A stretch of 60,335 nucleotides of DNA. It comes from Candidatus Woesearchaeota archaeon (GTDB lineage: Archaea; Nanobdellota; Nanobdellia; Pacearchaeales; GW2011-AR1). Shown piece after piece: positions 35,769 to 45,124 of this stretch. The stretch lies in NCBI GenBank assembly GCA_964609265.1, contig CAZSQR010000001.1, positions 1-60,335 of the forward strand, read 5' to 3'. Position 1 is the stretch's first letter; each line of letters starts with the position of its first letter. The notes beneath the pieces are model-generated. The model was not told the origin of the DNA. It did no database searches and saw nothing but the letters and a program-made list of their open reading frames with translations. The position numbers and the translations under genes were made by a program.

Positions 35769-36590
35769 TTATTTGTATTTCTTTAATTTTTTAGATTTTC
35801 TTTTTGTTTTTACTTTCTTTTTTAATGTTTTCTTCCTTGATTTTCTAGATACTTTTTTTCGCGGTTTTTTTCTCTGTTTTTTAGAGGAAGGAGATTTCTT
35901 TTTTTTGATTTTAGGTTTTTTTACTTTCTTTTTTGCTTTTTTTATTTTGGTTTTAGTTTTCTTAGAAGTCTTTTTTTCTTTTCTCCTTTTTCTTCTCATT
36001 TTTAATTTTCTTTTCCTCGCCCTCTCTTCTTTTTTTAATTCTTTTAGCTTCTTTTTCTCGATTTTTTCTGTTTCTTTCTTTATTTCCTCCTCGACAAAAT
36101 CTAAATCTCTTTTCAGCTTGTCTAAATTCTTCTTCATTTCTCTGACAACCTTGGTGTTATCTTTAAGCATCAGAACATCACCACACTCTCTGCATATAAA
36201 ATTGTGAATAAGGGCATTCTCCTCGTTTAATTCTATGTTACATCTTTTACATATGTAAAATCTTTTTGTTTCTCTTTTTTGTATCTGATTTTCTAGCTGA
36301 TTAATCTTTTTGAATATATCACTTTTCACAAACTCAAGTGACTTCAGAACTTCAATTTTCCAAAAATAAGTATACCATCCTTTTTTCTTATCTTTTTTTC
36401 TTATAGAAGAAACAAGTCCATAGTCAGACATCTTATAGAGTATATTTCTCGTTTGATTAATAGTTATATCCAGTTTCTTTGCAAGGATAAATTCATTAAT
36501 ATGGTTGTTTGTATCAAGGAGGTCAACTATTTCTTCTGCTTGTTTTCCTACAATAAGATTGACAGCATCCCTAAGAAATTTTTTTAACAT
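35769..36590 (-). CDS. tfe: Transcription factor E (TFE-alpha) with a Lys-rich C-terminal tail of about 95 aa
   Basis: N-terminal winged helix (EFILAKKLDITINQTRNILYKMSDYGLV), Zn ribbon CKRCN...CRECG, then KKKLKELKKEERARKRKLKMRRKRRKEKKTSKKTKTKIKKAKKK... Confidence 0.75.
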   Translation of the reverse strand: MLKKFLRDAVNLIVGKQAEEIVDLLDTNNHINEFILAKKLDITINQTRNILYKMSDYGLVSSIRKKDKKKGWYTYFWKIEVLKSLEFVKSDIFKKINQLENQIQKRETKRFYICKRCNIELNEENALIHNFICRECGDVLMLKDNTKVVREMKKNLDKLKRDLDFVEEEIKKETEKIEKKKLKELKKEERARKRKLKMRRKRRKEKKTSKKTKTKIKKAKKKVKKPKIKKKKSPSSKKQRKKPRKKVSRKSRKKTLKKKVKTKRKSKKLKKYK

Positions 36591-36720
36591 TTTAAGAAAA
36601 AATATTATTTAAATAAATACCTTTCGGTCTTTGCTTTTTATAAAAAATAAAAGTTTTTAAACCTGTGGTGTGTTTTGTATACATTAGAAAATCTATATTA
36701 AAGTATAATCTTAAGATAAA

Positions 36721-37296
36721 ATGGGTCTGTTTAGAAAAAAGAAAAAAGAGGTGAATAAAGAGGTTACTCCTGTTCCATCACTCCCGGGACTTCCAAAACT
36801 CCCTGAGCTTCCTTCACTGGAAAATGAGAATAAAGAGGACAAAAGCATTCATAAATTACCAAGTTATCCCTCTGGTTCTTTAGGCACAAAATTTTCTCAA
36901 AATACAATAAAAGATGCTGTTTCTGGTAGGAAAGAGAATTTCCCTGAAGATGAAAGTGCAGATGATTTTTTTCCTGATGAAGAGGAGCAAATAATGCGCG
37001 GACCCCTAAAAAAGTCAGTAACAGAAGAAATTGGCTGGGAAACTCCAAGACTCAGAAAGGAAAGAGAATTTGAAACAGGACAAGAACCTGTTTTTATAAG
37101 AATTGATAGATTCGAAGAAGCATTAAAAATCTTTAATGAAACAAAAAAGAAACTTAATGAAATTGAAAGAACCCTTGAAGACATAAAAAAGATAAGAGAA
37201 AAAGAAGAAAAAGAACTTGGCTCATGGGAGAATAAAGTCAAGTCAATCAAAGGACAGATAGAAAAAGTTGATAAAAACGTTTTTTCTAAAATATAA
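36721..37296 (+). CDS. Hypothetical protein (Pro-rich N-terminus, acidic middle, coiled-coil C-terminus)
   Basis: VPSLPGLPKLPELPSLE...PVFIRIDRFEEALKIFNETKKKLNEIERTLEDIKK. No family recognised. Confidence 0.45.
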   Translation: MGLFRKKKKEVNKEVTPVPSLPGLPKLPELPSLENENKEDKSIHKLPSYPSGSLGTKFSQNTIKDAVSGRKENFPEDESADDFFPDEEEQIMRGPLKKSVTEEIGWETPRLRKEREFETGQEPVFIRIDRFEEALKIFNETKKKLNEIERTLEDIKKIREKEEKELGSWENKVKSIKGQIEKVDKNVFSKI

Positions 37297-37297
37297 A

Positions 37298-37675
37298 ATG
37301 GCTAAAGAAAGTGTTATACATATAAAGTTTGACAATGAAGAGGCTGTCACAGCAAAGAGAGACATTCTTACATCACAGATGAATCTTTTAAAAATTGCAA
37401 AAATAATCAGAGGGTACAGCTTTTACAGACTTAAGGAACTTGAACAAAAAATAATTCTTTCCAGAAAAATGAAAGAACTAAAAACAAATATGACAAAACT
37501 CCAAAAAGTTCTTCCAGCATTGAAAGTTCCTGAAATATTAAAAAAAGAAAAAACTGAAGAAACAGGAAAGAAGTATAAAGAAGAGAAGAGAGAAAAAAGT
37601 TATGATAGAAGTCTTGAAGGCCAATTGCAGGAAATTCAGAGAAGACTTGAAAAATTGCAAAGCAGGAATTCTTAA
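37298..37675 (+). CDS. Hypothetical coiled-coil protein
   Basis: ATG lies 1 nt after the stop of the previous ORF (MAKESVIHIKF...). The ORF track starts at 37268 and overlaps the upstream gene. Confidence 0.4.
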   Translation: MAKESVIHIKFDNEEAVTAKRDILTSQMNLLKIAKIIRGYSFYRLKELEQKIILSRKMKELKTNMTKLQKVLPALKVPEILKKEKTEETGKKYKEEKREKSYDRSLEGQLQEIQRRLEKLQSRNS

Positions 37676-37709
37676 AACTTTAGGTAATTTCTAAGAAGTT
37701 AGTTAATTA

Positions 37710-39491
37710 ATGAATAAGCCAGATAATCAAATAATTTTTAAAACTTCTAATTCTAATAGATATATGAAAAGAAAAGAATTAATCAAAAAATATCTTAAAT
37801 TTTTTCAGTCAAAAAACCATAAAGAAATTCCAAATGTTTCTTTAATTCCTGAAAATGATCCTACTGTGCTTTTTACAACAGCAGGAATGCATCCATTAAC
37901 TCCATACCTTCTTGGCCAGAAACACCCCTTAGGAAAAAGATTGTGCAGTGTTCAGAGATGCTTAAGAACAAGTGATATAGAAATGGTCGGGGATGAAATA
38001 CACCACACTTTTTTTGAAATGCTCGGAAACTGGAGCTTGGGAGATTACTGGAAAAAAGAGGCAATTGAATTAAGTTTTGAATTTCTCACAAAAGTCCTAA
38101 AAATTCCAAAAGAAAAATTATCAGTTACATGCTTTGCAGGAGACGAAAATGCAAAAAAAGACGAAGAATCAGAAAAAATATGGAAATCTCTTGGAATAAA
38201 GAAAATAAAATTTCTTGGAAAAGAAGATAATTGGTGGGGACCAGCAGGAAACACTGGACCATGCGGACCAGATACAGAGATATTTGTTAATGGAGTTGAA
38301 ATCTGGAATGATGTTTTTATGGAATATGAAAAAGATATAAAAGGAAATTACAAAACTGCAGAACAAAAAAACATTGACACAGGTATGGGTATTGAGAGAA
38401 CCCTCGCTGTTCTAGATGGATTAGATGATAATTATTTAACTGAAGTCTGGAAACCAATAATAAAAAAAATAGAAAAACTTTCTGGGAAAAAATATTCAGA
38501 AAACAAAAGAGAAATGAGAATAATCGCAGACCACATCAAAGCAGCCGTATTTCTTCTTAATGATGGGATTCAACCAGGGCACAAAGAAAGAGGATATGTG
38601 CTAAAAAGATTAATAAGAAGGGCCATAGTTTATGGGAAAAAATTAGGATTAAGAGATTTTACTTTAAAAGTGGCAAAAGTTGTAATTGATATATACTCAG
38701 ATTATTTTCCTAAAAATGATAAAAGGGTTTGGTTTGTCAATAGAGATACCAAAACATTTATTCTTCAGGAGATGGATAGAGAAGAGGCTACATTTAATTG
38801 TAGAATAGAAGAAGGATTTAAGATATTAAAAAATATAATAATACATAAAAAGGAAATTTCTCCAACAGATGCTTTCTTATTATATCAATCATATGGATTT
38901 CCTATTGAATTGACACAAGAAATTGCAAAAAATGAAGGCCTTAAGATAAATATAGTTAAATTTGCAAAAGAATTTGAAAAGGAACTCAAAAAACACCAGC
39001 AACTCTCGCGAACAGCGTCGGAAGGAAGGTTCAAATCAGGTTTAGCAGATCAATCAGAAAAAACAACAAAACTTCACACAGCAACACATTTATTATTGTC
39101 AGCGTTAAGAAATATATTAAAAGATAAAAACATAATTCAAAAAGGAAGCAACATAACCCCCAAGAGATTGCGACTTGATTTTTCTTTCCCGCGAAAATTA
39201 ACCAATGAAGAGATTAAAAAAGTTGAAGATCTGGTAAATAAACAGATTAAAAATTCTTTGGAAGTTATAAGAGAAGAAATGTCTCCTGCAAAAGCAAAGA
39301 CAAAAGGAGCTATGGGGATATTTGATAAAAAATACGGAGAAAAAGTTTCAGTTTACACAATTGGAGATTTTTCCAAAGAGATCTGCGCAGGTCCTCATGT
39401 GAAAAACACACAAGAAATAGGAATCTTCAAAATTATAAAAGAAGAGTCAGTTGCAGCAGGAATAAGAAGGATTAAGGCTGTTGTTGCCTAA
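37710..39491 (+). CDS. alaS: Alanyl-tRNA synthetase, short bacterial-like form (catalytic + editing domains, no C-Ala domain)
   Basis: FFQSKNHKEIPNVSLIPENDPTVLFTTAGMHP, FFEMLGNWSLGDY, GMGIERT, editing HTATHLL...CAGPHV. The likely true start is ATG 37764 (MKRKELIKKYL...), about 25 nt after a TATA-like atttttaaaac. Confidence 0.88.
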   Translation: MNKPDNQIIFKTSNSNRYMKRKELIKKYLKFFQSKNHKEIPNVSLIPENDPTVLFTTAGMHPLTPYLLGQKHPLGKRLCSVQRCLRTSDIEMVGDEIHHTFFEMLGNWSLGDYWKKEAIELSFEFLTKVLKIPKEKLSVTCFAGDENAKKDEESEKIWKSLGIKKIKFLGKEDNWWGPAGNTGPCGPDTEIFVNGVEIWNDVFMEYEKDIKGNYKTAEQKNIDTGMGIERTLAVLDGLDDNYLTEVWKPIIKKIEKLSGKKYSENKREMRIIADHIKAAVFLLNDGIQPGHKERGYVLKRLIRRAIVYGKKLGLRDFTLKVAKVVIDIYSDYFPKNDKRVWFVNRDTKTFILQEMDREEATFNCRIEEGFKILKNIIIHKKEISPTDAFLLYQSYGFPIELTQEIAKNEGLKINIVKFAKEFEKELKKHQQLSRTASEGRFKSGLADQSEKTTKLHTATHLLLSALRNILKDKNIIQKGSNITPKRLRLDFSFPRKLTNEEIKKVEDLVNKQIKNSLEVIREEMSPAKAKTKGAMGIFDKKYGEKVSVYTIGDFSKEICAGPHVKNTQEIGIFKIIKEESVAAGIRRIKAVVA

Positions 39492-39499
39492 TTTGATTT

Positions 39500-40672
39500 T
39501 TAAGCAGTTTCATTAACTAGATTATTCTCTTGAACAGATTCAACATTATCTAAATTATAAAAATCTAAAAGACTGTACTTCTCATTAATTCTGCCAAGTT
39601 TCCATGAATTAATAATTCCTAAAAAAGTTCTCTTCCTGATTCCTTCAAGAGTTTTAGCATCTTTATATTCCTGGAGTTCTTCTGGCAAAGAGATTCCTCT
39701 TGAAATTAAAAGCATATCTGGTTTAGAATCAAGGGTTATGCCTTCTGTAAATTCCATGGAATAATCTGTAATTATTGAAGGACCACCTGTTTCGACAAAA
39801 CAATATCCACTACCATAAAAGCTTTTTTCTGCAGGACATTTAATCCCAACAGCCTCGTGATTTTCCTCTGGAAAGAAAAATATGGTAGCACCATAACCAA
39901 GCTCCCTTAACAAAAAAGCCAAGAGCTGGGATTTTCCGCTGCAAATTCCCTGATTCTCATATAAAACTTCATAAGGATATCTTGAATAATCCAATTCAGT
40001 TCCTCCTATAAAAGCACTTTTATCTGAGACTCTGTAAGGAATATTCTGAATAAGACTTACAGCAACTCTTGCCTGCTCAACCTTATTATCAGGAGCAAGA
40101 TTTTGTATTCTTTTAACTAAAGGCAAAATAGCTTCTCGCTGAACTTCGTCATTAATTATTCTTAATTTAAAGTCAACTCTAGGAGGGATATTATCACCAT
40201 CCAGAGGAATTGTCCTTGAAAGCTTTGAAACATAATCATTAACTCCCCCATAAACTGTGAAAAGAATCTTATATTCCTGGCCATTCAGATAATAACTTAA
40301 ATTAATATCTTTCATATCTGTATAATATTGTAAAAAACAAAAATCTCCTTCTCTCCAAAAAGAAAGATTGCCAGAATCAGGGCAGCCACAAACAGATGCT
40401 TTTTCAACCAAAACCCCTTCATCACAATAATAAGGTTTGTCTAATGAGCAAGTGCTATAAAATGTTCCATCACCGCATACAGGAATTTTTTCATACCTTC
40501 TTTCAGAAGCGATACTTAAAGCTAAGAAAGTCAGGACAAAGATGATAAAAAGAAGAATTAGAATATATCTCAGATTATTTTTTTTAGAGCCATACTTTCG
40601 AGAAGTATCTTTTATCTCTTTTCTTCTTGATTCTTCTTCACCTAGTCTTTTCTGTCTCTTTTCCATTGACAA
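39500..40672 (-). CDS. Membrane-anchored protein with Cys-rich region and transglutaminase-like (Cys-His-Asp) core
   Basis: N-terminal TM. QGICSGKSQLLAFLLRELGY...ENHEAVGIKC...CFVETGG resembles a transglutaminase-like cysteine-protease core. Confidence 0.5.
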   Translation of the reverse strand: MSMEKRQKRLGEEESRRKEIKDTSRKYGSKKNNLRYILILLFIIFVLTFLALSIASERRYEKIPVCGDGTFYSTCSLDKPYYCDEGVLVEKASVCGCPDSGNLSFWREGDFCFLQYYTDMKDINLSYYLNGQEYKILFTVYGGVNDYVSKLSRTIPLDGDNIPPRVDFKLRIINDEVQREAILPLVKRIQNLAPDNKVEQARVAVSLIQNIPYRVSDKSAFIGGTELDYSRYPYEVLYENQGICSGKSQLLAFLLRELGYGATIFFFPEENHEAVGIKCPAEKSFYGSGYCFVETGGPSIITDYSMEFTEGITLDSKPDMLLISRGISLPEELQEYKDAKTLEGIRKRTFLGIINSWKLGRINEKYSLLDFYNLDNVESVQENNLVNETA

Positions 40673-40712
40673 ATATAAAGAAAAATAATTATAAAAACCT
40701 AACTATAACAAA

Positions 40713-43700
40713 TTACTCCAAATAAATTCCGGGCTTACCCGGTTTAACTTTTCTTGATTTATTTTTTGGATCGTGTTTGCCTTTATCATTTACTGCATAG
40801 ATGCCCACCTGGAAGCCTGTTCTTCTCTCAATTTCTCTAAAGTAATCAACATAGATTTCTTTTTCTGAAGGAACACTATAAAGATAGATTTTATTAATTT
40901 TTTTCCCTTTATCCCTGACTATCTTGATTATATTATTTATATCATTAATCACATTGTTTATGATCTCTTCTTCTTTTTCAAGCTTTTCATCAATCTTACT
41001 CTTTTCAAATTCGGGCCAGCTTTCCAAACTTACAAAATTTTTATTGTCAATTTTCTGCCAGAGTTCTTCTGTAATATGCGGACAAAAAGGATGCAATAAT
41101 TTCAAGAAAGATTCCGCAGTTTCTTTGCTAATCTCACTCTTAAAACCATCAAACAATTTTCTAATCTTTATCACAGCAAGATTGTATCTAAAATTTTCAA
41201 TATCCAGAGTAACCTCTTTAATTGACTTATGTAATTTACTCTGAATTTTTTTGTCTGTTTTTCCAAATTTAATTTTTTCAAAATAATCCATAACTTTTTT
41301 CACAAATCTAAAACTTCCCTCAATTCCTGCATCACTCCACTCAATGTCTTTATCAGGAGAAGCTATGCTGACCAAAAACAATCTTGCGGCATCAATCCCA
41401 TATTCTTTAGAGACCTCTTCAGGTAACACAACATTTCCCCTTGACTTGGACATAACCATGCCGTCTTCTCCGTGAAGCATTCCCTGATTAAACAATTTTG
41501 TAAATGGTTCATCAAAATCTAGAAATCCTAAATCTCTTAATGCTTTTGTGAAAAACCGCGCATAAATTAAATGCATGCACGCATGTTCTGCACCGCCAAC
41601 ATATTGATTAACCGGCATCCAATAATCTATTTTTTTCTTATTAAAAGACTCTTTCTTATTTTTGCTGTCACAATATCTTAAATAATACCAGCTGCTGTCA
41701 AAAAAAGTATCCATAGTGTCTGTCTCTCTTCTTGCTTTTTTACCGCATCCCGGACATTTAACATTTATCCAGTTTTTTGCTGTTTTAAGAGGATTTCCTT
41801 TTCCAAATTTAACTTTCTCCGGAAGTTTAACCGGAAGGTCCTTTTCAGGTACAGGAACAACTCCACACTTGTCACAATAAACAATTGGAATCGGCGTCCC
41901 CCAATACCTCTGCCTTGAGACAAGCCAGTCTCTTAATTTATACTGGACAGATTTTCTTCCAAGATCTTCTCCTTCTAAATATTGCGTAATATTCCATTTC
42001 GCTTTATGATTTTCAAGTCCGTTAAATCTCCCAGAATTAATCAAAAATCCGTCGCCTGTGTAAGCTTCTTTTTTTACATTTCCCCCTTTAATCACTTGCT
42101 TAATTTTAATTCCATATTTCTTGGCAAACTCAAAATCTCTCTGATCATGCGCAGGAACAGCCATCACCATCCCAGAACCATAATCAGCAATCACAAAATT
42201 TCCAACATAAACAGGAATTTTCTCTTTGTTAATTGGATTGATTGCATAAATCCCAGTAAAAACTCCCTCTTTTTCCAATTTTCCTAACTCTCCTTCACTA
42301 ACTGATTTTATTTTTTTCAAAAATTTCTCAACTTCTTTTTTCTGCTTATTTGTAACTAACTCAAAAAGTTTTGGATGCTGTGCAGAAATCACCATAAAAG
42401 TAACGCCAAAAATAGTATCAGGACGCGTTGTGAAGATTGGCCATTTTTGTTTTGAAATTATTTTCTCAAAAAGTTCAGGGAATTCCTTAGTGCCCATACT
42501 TTTCTCTACAAAATGCCCAAATCCTTTTTCAAAACAAACAACTTTTGCAGGTAATTCCTTCTCATAGTTATATGCGTTTGTAATATGATGCGGATAGTCG
42601 TCCTTGGCTGTAAAAAGGATTATTTTTTCGTTCACAAATTCCTGAATATTCTTATATGTTTTGCTTCCGTATAGATTATCTAAGTATCTCATATGCCATC
42701 CTCCTGCTTTTCCAGGTGAAACCAAAATCAACTTCCTAATCTTCTTTTTGGTCTCTCCCAGCCAACGAACTAAGAAAGCTCCTCCTGCACTATGCCCAAT
42801 TAAAACAGAATTTTCGCCAATCTTTAATTTTTCAAGTTCCTTTTTCCAGTCCTTATATTTTGGTGCCCAGCTTGCAGGCATTAAAGGAGTCTCACATTTT
42901 ATTCCCTTTTTCCCTAATTTCTTTTTTATCCAGGGAAGCCAGTTTCTCTTATTTTGAGGAGGCGAACCTCCCTTAAGTTTTTCTTTCTCTTTTTGATTAC
43001 TCCCATGAACAATTATAACATTTGAAATTTCCTTATCAGGATTTTCAATCTCAAAATCAATCTCGGTTCCTTCGCTTCTCCCAATCCAATTCCTCTGCAT
43101 AATTTTAATTCTCTCAGGCCATTGCAACTTTTCAATATCCTGCAGAAGTTCTTCGGCATATTTTGTAGTTTTAATAAACCATTGCTCAAGTTGTTTTGTT
43201 TCCACGTCGGTATCTTCATGTCTCCAACATTTCCCTTTATGCACCTGTTCGTTTGCCAGAACAGTGCCGCATTTCCTGCACCAATTCACAGGAGATTTTT
43301 TTCTGTAAATTAAACCTTTCTCCAGAAATTTCAAAAAGAAAAACTGGTTCCATTTATAATATTCAGGGCTATGGCTCCACAAAATTCTGCTCCAGTCATA
43401 ACTCAAACCGAGCTGTTTTTGTTGCATTAAAAAATTTTTTATTGATTTTTCAGTATATCTCCTCGGATGCATCTTCGCTTTTATCGCGGCATTCTCAGCA
43501 GGCAAACCAAAACTATCATAACCCATTGGATAAAGAACATTAAAACCACTCATCCTCTTGAATCTCGCATAAATATCCCCAATTGTATAATTAAAAGCAT
43601 GTCCCATGTGCAACCCGCTTCCTGAAGGATAAGGATACATCTCAAGAACAAAAAACTTTTTTTTCTTTTTATTTTCTTTCACTTCAAAAATCTTTTTCTC

Positions 43701-43754
43701 TTCCCATTTCTTCTGCCACTTTCTTTCTATTTTTTTAAAGTTGATTGAGGACAT
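40713..43754 (-). CDS. leuS: Leucyl-tRNA synthetase, bacterial type, with an inserted alpha/beta serine-hydrolase domain of about 190 aa
   Basis: HMGHAFNY (HIGH), QRNWIGRSEG, TTRPDTIFG, AVPAHDQRDFEFA (CP1), VMSKSRGN (KMSKS). The insertion VIIVHG...LIGHSAGG...AKDD...GFGHF lies between RSEG and TTRPDT. Confidence 0.9.
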   Translation of the reverse strand: MSSINFKKIERKWQKKWEEKKIFEVKENKKKKKFFVLEMYPYPSGSGLHMGHAFNYTIGDIYARFKRMSGFNVLYPMGYDSFGLPAENAAIKAKMHPRRYTEKSIKNFLMQQKQLGLSYDWSRILWSHSPEYYKWNQFFFLKFLEKGLIYRKKSPVNWCRKCGTVLANEQVHKGKCWRHEDTDVETKQLEQWFIKTTKYAEELLQDIEKLQWPERIKIMQRNWIGRSEGTEIDFEIENPDKEISNVIIVHGSNQKEKEKLKGGSPPQNKRNWLPWIKKKLGKKGIKCETPLMPASWAPKYKDWKKELEKLKIGENSVLIGHSAGGAFLVRWLGETKKKIRKLILVSPGKAGGWHMRYLDNLYGSKTYKNIQEFVNEKIILFTAKDDYPHHITNAYNYEKELPAKVVCFEKGFGHFVEKSMGTKEFPELFEKIISKQKWPIFTTRPDTIFGVTFMVISAQHPKLFELVTNKQKKEVEKFLKKIKSVSEGELGKLEKEGVFTGIYAINPINKEKIPVYVGNFVIADYGSGMVMAVPAHDQRDFEFAKKYGIKIKQVIKGGNVKKEAYTGDGFLINSGRFNGLENHKAKWNITQYLEGEDLGRKSVQYKLRDWLVSRQRYWGTPIPIVYCDKCGVVPVPEKDLPVKLPEKVKFGKGNPLKTAKNWINVKCPGCGKKARRETDTMDTFFDSSWYYLRYCDSKNKKESFNKKKIDYWMPVNQYVGGAEHACMHLIYARFFTKALRDLGFLDFDEPFTKLFNQGMLHGEDGMVMSKSRGNVVLPEEVSKEYGIDAARLFLVSIASPDKDIEWSDAGIEGSFRFVKKVMDYFEKIKFGKTDKKIQSKLHKSIKEVTLDIENFRYNLAVIKIRKLFDGFKSEISKETAESFLKLLHPFCPHITEELWQKIDNKNFVSLESWPEFEKSKIDEKLEKEEEIINNVINDINNIIKIVRDKGKKINKIYLYSVPSEKEIYVDYFREIERRTGFQVGIYAVNDKGKHDPKNKSRKVKPGKPGIYLE

Positions 43755-43784
43755 ATTCTTTTTAACAAAACCTAATTTAAAAAT

Positions 43785-44936
43785 TTAAGTCTTAATAATT
43801 TCTAAAACATCCTCATGTTGAATTTTCTTTTTTGCATCAGCTAAATTTTTTACTTTATTTGTTATCTCTTTCAACTTTTCATCATTTACTTCAACACCAT
43901 TATCCAATAAAACTTTCTTAACAGCATTTTTTCCAGAATGTTTTCCAATAACTAAATTCTCTCCAACCCAACCAACATTCTCTGCTTTTATTATTTCATA
44001 AGTATCCTTGCAGGCAATAACCCCTGCCTGATGAACCCCCGCCTCGTGAGCAAAAGCATTCTTTCCAACTATTGCTTTATTTCTTTGAACAGCCAAACCA
44101 GTTAAATCCCTTACAAGATTTGAAACAGGACATAATAATTTTGTATTAATATTCAAATTTTTTTTATAATAATCTTTTCTGGTAACTAAATTCATCACAA
44201 CTTCCTCAAGAGACGCATTTCCAGCACGCTCTCCAATTCCATTAATTGTGCATTCAATTTGGGTTGCCCCAGCTTCAACAGCAGCCAGAGAATTTGCAAC
44301 AGCATTTCCCAAATCATTATGACAATGAGCAGAAATTTTAATATTCTTTTCTCTTATTAAATCTCCAAGAGAATCAAAAACATATTGAAACCTTTTTTTA
44401 ATTTCTTCTGGAACAGCATAACCTACGGTATCTGGAAGATTAATTATTCCTGCTCCTGCATTAATCGCTGTTTTTATTACATCAATCATAAAAGAATATT
44501 CTGTTCTGATTGCATCTTCTAAAGAAAATTCAATTTCTGGGCAGAGAGATTTTGCATATCTTATACTTTTTTTAGTTTTCTCAATTACTTCTTTAGGAGA
44601 CATCTTCAACTTTTTCTCCATATGAATTTTAGATGTTCCAAGAAAAATATGAATTCGAGGTCTTTTAGAATATTTAACGGCTTCATAACATCTATAAATA
44701 TCTTTTTCAAGTGCTCTTGCCAAACCACAAATAACAGGACCTTTTACTTTTTGTGCAATTTTTTTAACGGCGTAAAAATCATCAGCACTTGCAATAGGAA
44801 AACCCGCTTCAATAACATCCACCCCCAAATTTCTCAAAGCATAAGCTATGTCCAATTTTTCACGAGAATTAAGAGTAGCTCCTGGACTTTGCTCTCCATC
44901 TCTTAAAGTTGTATCAAAAATCTCAATAGAATTCAT
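43785..44936 (-). CDS. 2-isopropylmalate/homocitrate/citramalate synthase-family protein (catalytic TIM barrel only)
   Basis: [51 protein letters not shown]. 383 aa, with no LeuA-type regulatory domain. Confidence 0.8.
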   Translation of the reverse strand: MNSIEIFDTTLRDGEQSPGATLNSREKLDIAYALRNLGVDVIEAGFPIASADDFYAVKKIAQKVKGPVICGLARALEKDIYRCYEAVKYSKRPRIHIFLGTSKIHMEKKLKMSPKEVIEKTKKSIRYAKSLCPEIEFSLEDAIRTEYSFMIDVIKTAINAGAGIINLPDTVGYAVPEEIKKRFQYVFDSLGDLIREKNIKISAHCHNDLGNAVANSLAAVEAGATQIECTINGIGERAGNASLEEVVMNLVTRKDYYKKNLNINTKLLCPVSNLVRDLTGLAVQRNKAIVGKNAFAHEAGVHQAGVIACKDTYEIIKAENVGWVGENLVIGKHSGKNAVKKVLLDNGVEVNDEKLKEITNKVKNLADAKKKIQHEDVLEIIKT

Positions 44937-45124
44937 TTTAAATTATAAAATTTAGTTCAATAAGATTCATCTATGATGAATCTATAATAAAATCAGCAAA
45001 GCTAAAGAATTCAAAACTTCTATTTTATTTTCTTTAGCAATTTTCATAAAATATTTAAAACCTCCAAGTATATAAATATTTTGTTCACTCACAACTTTTA
45101 AATATTCTCTTTCTCTTTTTAACC

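Noticed and set aside
35773-36207. 144-aa Phe-rich ORF on the plus strand
   Set aside because: It is the antisense mirror of the AAA/AAG-rich (poly-Lys) tail of tfe. TTT/CTT codons give poly-Phe/Leu by composition alone. No start context.
36721-37675. Idea that the two coiled-coil proteins are SepF/CdvA/ESCRT-like division factors
   Set aside because: I could not match SepF, CdvA (PRC barrel) or Snf7 motifs. The similarity is limited to coiled-coil character, so they are left as hypothetical.
42447-43028. Possibility that the LeuRS insertion is an intein or a mis-joined neighbouring gene
   Set aside because: There is no Cys/Ser/Thr at the upstream junction, no His-Asn at the C-terminal junction, and no endonuclease motifs. 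The frame is continuous, and both flanks are contiguous LeuRS segments that normally lie about 15-20 residues apart. It is kept as a domain insertion, pending read-level verification.
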